IMG/VR virus record: IMGVR_UViG_3300025782_000056
Span: 1-26,853 of that record
Origin: a virus
Taxonomy: Duplodnaviria; Caudoviricetes
DNA: 26,853 nt
Reading direction: 5' to 3' (one strand)
Shown here: piece after piece, positions 24,569 to 26,853 of the stretch
How positions within the stretch are numbered: the first letter of the stretch is position 1
Layout: each line of letters opens with the position of its first letter
Notes under the pieces: generated by a model
The model's input: only the letters and a program-made list of their open reading frames with translations
Databases searched by the model: none
What the model was told of the DNA's origin: nothing
Position numbers and translations under genes: made by a program

Positions 24569-25216
24569 ATGTTTACTGTAATCATTCCCACCATGTGGCG
24601 CGGACAAGAGATGGTTCGCATGCTTCCTGCTGTTCATGATCATCCTCTCGTCGGAGAGATTATGTTGATCAACAACAATAAGAAAATAACACCTGATTGG
24701 TATTTGAACGGCAACTGGACCAAAGTAAAACAATATGCGCCAGAAGATAATATCGGTGTTAATCCAGCATGGAACATCGGAATTCAGAATGCACAATATG
24801 AAAAGATTCTATTGCTTTCTGATGATGTACTGTTTACAACTTCGCTATTAGATTTTATACATCCCCACGTAACTGAAGAAAACGGATGCATTGGACCACA
24901 TAGTGTAAACACTCCAGCAAAAGGTCCATATCGATTACAGAAAGCCGAGAGAATGCGTGGTCAATATGGCTGTTGTTTGTTTTTACACAAAAATAATTTT
25001 GATTTCATTCCTAAAGAGTTTATAATATACTACGGTGACAACTGGATCTTTAGAACTCATGTATTGAAAGGCAAACAGCCGATGTTCATTGAGAACTCTA
25101 ATATTTCAACTCCAGTGATGGCAACTTCTAGTCTCGGTGTGTTCAAGAAACAAGCTGATGAAGAACACAAAGCATGGAAGAAAATGTTTAAAGGCGAATT
25201 TACGACAGAACCATGA
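24569..25216 (+). CDS. Glycosyltransferase family 2-like
   Basis: FTVIIPT, EIMLINN, NIGVNPAWNIG, LLLSDDV, YYGDNW. Confidence 0.75.
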   Translation: MFTVIIPTMWRGQEMVRMLPAVHDHPLVGEIMLINNNKKITPDWYLNGNWTKVKQYAPEDNIGVNPAWNIGIQNAQYEKILLLSDDVLFTTSLLDFIHPHVTEENGCIGPHSVNTPAKGPYRLQKAERMRGQYGCCLFLHKNNFDFIPKEFIIYYGDNWIFRTHVLKGKQPMFIENSNISTPVMATSSLGVFKKQADEEHKAWKKMFKGEFTTEP

Positions 25217-25434
25217 ATATAATTCTAAACCGAATCGATTGGTTTATAAAAGAAAACAATAAGAGAAAAATAATACTAAGAGCAGAAAACAATCATTATT
25301 TGATCGAAGTCATGCATTATGCTTATACAACGCGCAGTCCTGATTATGCAATCTTTCAACTTAAAAGAGCTGCATTTTTCTCATTTTTCAAAGAGATCAG
25401 TGGTCATATTGATTCACATAGGCACTATAAATGA
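25213..25434 (+). CDS. Hypothetical protein (repeat-domain family unit)
   Basis: KIILR...YLIE...AAFFSFFKEIS. Confidence 0.55.
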   Translation: MNIILNRIDWFIKENNKRKIILRAENNHYLIEVMHYAYTTRSPDYAIFQLKRAAFFSFFKEISGHIDSHRHYK

Positions 25435-25474
25435 GTCTTTTAACCCCTTCAGGTATCATTAATAAGACGATCCC

Positions 25475-25807
25475 ATGATTCTAATAGTATTGAAAAAGCA
25501 AGAACGACTTTATGTAATGGAAACTCATAATATTCGAACTGCACATAAATTCTATGAAAGAACTGCAAACGCAGGGTTTAGAAGATTTATTACCGAAGTC
25601 AATCACAATGTAACAATTACAAAATTAATAAAGAGTCATAAAATGGTCAATATAATCCTAAGAAAGAAACAAAATCTCTATGAAATAGAGGCATATATGC
25701 CTGGACGTCTTAGGATCATAGTGGGTGATCAGATGCCTTCAGAGGCAGCGATGAAAAGATTCTTCCAAGAAGTCAGTCTAATTATACCACAAAGAAAAAC
25801 ACCATGA
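25475..25807 (+). CDS. Hypothetical protein (two repeat-domain units)
   Basis: LIVLKK..YVME..AGFRRFITEV and NIILRK..YEIE..AAMKRFFQEV. Confidence 0.6.
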   Translation: MILIVLKKQERLYVMETHNIRTAHKFYERTANAGFRRFITEVNHNVTITKLIKSHKMVNIILRKKQNLYEIEAYMPGRLRIIVGDQMPSEAAMKRFFQEVSLIIPQRKTP

Positions 25808-26055
25808 GATTATTATTGAAAAGACAAATGAGCTATATCAAGTCCTATGAGGTAAAGACTGTAGTTCCTTATGAAGGTGATGAAAGAATATTCTTTGAAA
25901 ATGATTCAAAATCAGCACTTGAAAGATTCATAATTGAATTATTGAGGAACGAAATCGTGAGGAACGAAATCGTGAGGAACGAAATCGTAAACATGTGCAT
26001 ACTGAATATTGAGGAACGAAATCGTGAGGAACGAAATCGTAAACATAAATGTTGA
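25804..26055 (+). CDS. Hypothetical protein running into DNA repeats
   Basis: RLLLKR...SALERFIIEL; C-terminus encoded by the 15-bp repeats. Confidence 0.45.
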   Translation: MRLLLKRQMSYIKSYEVKTVVPYEGDERIFFENDSKSALERFIIELLRNEIVRNEIVRNEIVNMCILNIEERNREERNRKHKC

Positions 26056-26068
26056 GGAACGAAATCGT
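25944..26068. repeat. Six exact 15-bp direct repeats GAGGAACGAAATCGT (3+2+1), iteron-like
   Basis: Copies start at 25944, 25959, 25974, 26011, 26026 and 26054; each cluster is preceded by TT and followed by AAACAT. Confidence 0.95.
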
Positions 26069-26117
26069 AAACATGTGCATGCATATATAATGTACGGTAG
26101 GTCAACCCTGTAATAGC

Positions 26118-26729
26118 ATGATAAAATTATACTTTCTATTTAAATATGTAAATTTGGTGTTACAGAGGGAATATTGGGGTGTACATGCGACAGATGATCT
26201 GGAATGGGCTACAACGCATGCAAGAGATCGATGGGTGCCAAATGTTAAAGATATTAAAGATGATCTCTTAAAGACAGGTCCAAACTCGTATATTATTCAT
26301 GTGATTCATTGTTTTCCTATAGAAGCTGACGCTAGTCGTGCCTTGCAAAGACATTTAGAGACTGCCCCTGCTGATCCTGCTCTTAATTATAATAAAGCTC
26401 TTAATAATAAACTGGCAGAGGGTCGAACTGGTACTATACAGTCTGCTGAGACTAGACTATTAATCTCAAAGGCAACTACTGGTGAAAAGAACCCATTCTA
26501 CGGTAAAAAACATAATAATAAGACCATAAACACCCTCAAAGAATATCGTAAAACCCAGCGCTGGATTAATAACGGCATACAAGAGCTACAAGTACCAGTA
26601 GGCACTGAGCTTCCTGAGGGCTGGGTGTACGGTCGTTCGCCTACTATCTCAAAGAAGGTAAGCGAAGCCATGGTTTTACACCATGAGAAGCGACATTCTA
26701 ACGTAAGTATTACAAAAAGTCAATCGTAA
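26118..26729 (+). CDS. Seg-like (divergent GIY-YIG) homing endonuclease family protein with NUMOD3 motif
   Basis: LYFLFKYVNL...YWGVHAT, YNK, QSAETRLLIS...GEKNPFYGKKH, WINNG, GWVYGR. Confidence 0.6.
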   Translation: MIKLYFLFKYVNLVLQREYWGVHATDDLEWATTHARDRWVPNVKDIKDDLLKTGPNSYIIHVIHCFPIEADASRALQRHLETAPADPALNYNKALNNKLAEGRTGTIQSAETRLLISKATTGEKNPFYGKKHNNKTINTLKEYRKTQRWINNGIQELQVPVGTELPEGWVYGRSPTISKKVSEAMVLHHEKRHSNVSITKSQS

Positions 26730-26821
26730 TAACTCTAATAATATCAAAGAGTTATAACTCATTGATTTTTATAGAGAGTGTGTGCCCTCGCCGTCCATCC
26801 CTTACTATTCGAACTAGAACC

Positions 26822-26851
26822 ATTATACCTTAGACCCCACTAATTGTAAAC
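26822..26851 (-). promoter_or_regulatory. Leftward sigma70/T4-early-type promoter
   Basis: Minus strand reads GTTTACA, 17 bp, TATAAT (TGTAAA at 26845-26850 and ATTATA at 26822-26827 on +). Confidence 0.65.
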
Positions 26852-26853
26852 CA

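Noticed and set aside
25944-26068. Mini-CRISPR, or a link to block A via the GAACGAA similarity
   Set aside because: Repeats are 15 bp and mostly abut without spacers; the similarity to ATGAACGAACGAAT is too short to support.
2176-26105. Minus-strand and nested alternative-frame ORFs in the track (e.g. 7222-7731, 14596-14973, 19792-20256, 24204-24554)
   Set aside because: They are shadows of well-supported + strand genes and have no recognisable motifs.
1-26853. tRNA or rRNA genes
   Set aside because: No cloverleaf or T-loop context seen in the few intergenic gaps; tRNAscan-SE would be decisive.

Overview
AT-rich, gene-dense window from a large T4-like dsDNA phage, with essentially all genes on the + strand. 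Supporting evidence: nrdB C-terminus, RuvC-like resolvase, DexA-like exonuclease, T4-type late promoter TATAAATA and a Seg-like NUMOD3 endonuclease. It is an accessory region with redox genes (Fe/Mn SOD, thioredoxin, peroxiredoxin), modification enzymes (UDP-glucuronate decarboxylase, methyltransferases, sulfotransferase, GT2, three 2OG-Fe(II) oxygenase-fold genes) and many small early genes behind sigma70-type promoters. Four structures stand out. (1) A ~2 kb array at 15686-17723 of six 'MNERI...KFAELIV.EC...HFGVE' mini-genes, built from three conserved DNA blocks with exchangeable variable segments and interleaved cargo ORFs. (2) Two sigma70 promoters with the same layout: IHF consensus, 18 bp, TTGCCT, 17 bp, TATAAT. 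(3) Two late-promoter modules, each with a hairpin at the RBS followed by an N/T/S-rich protein, a 2OG oxygenase and a transferase. (4) A 3+2+1 cluster of 15-bp iteron-like repeats plus a leftward promoter at the right edge, possibly an origin region. All product calls come from motif recognition by eye; no searches were run.
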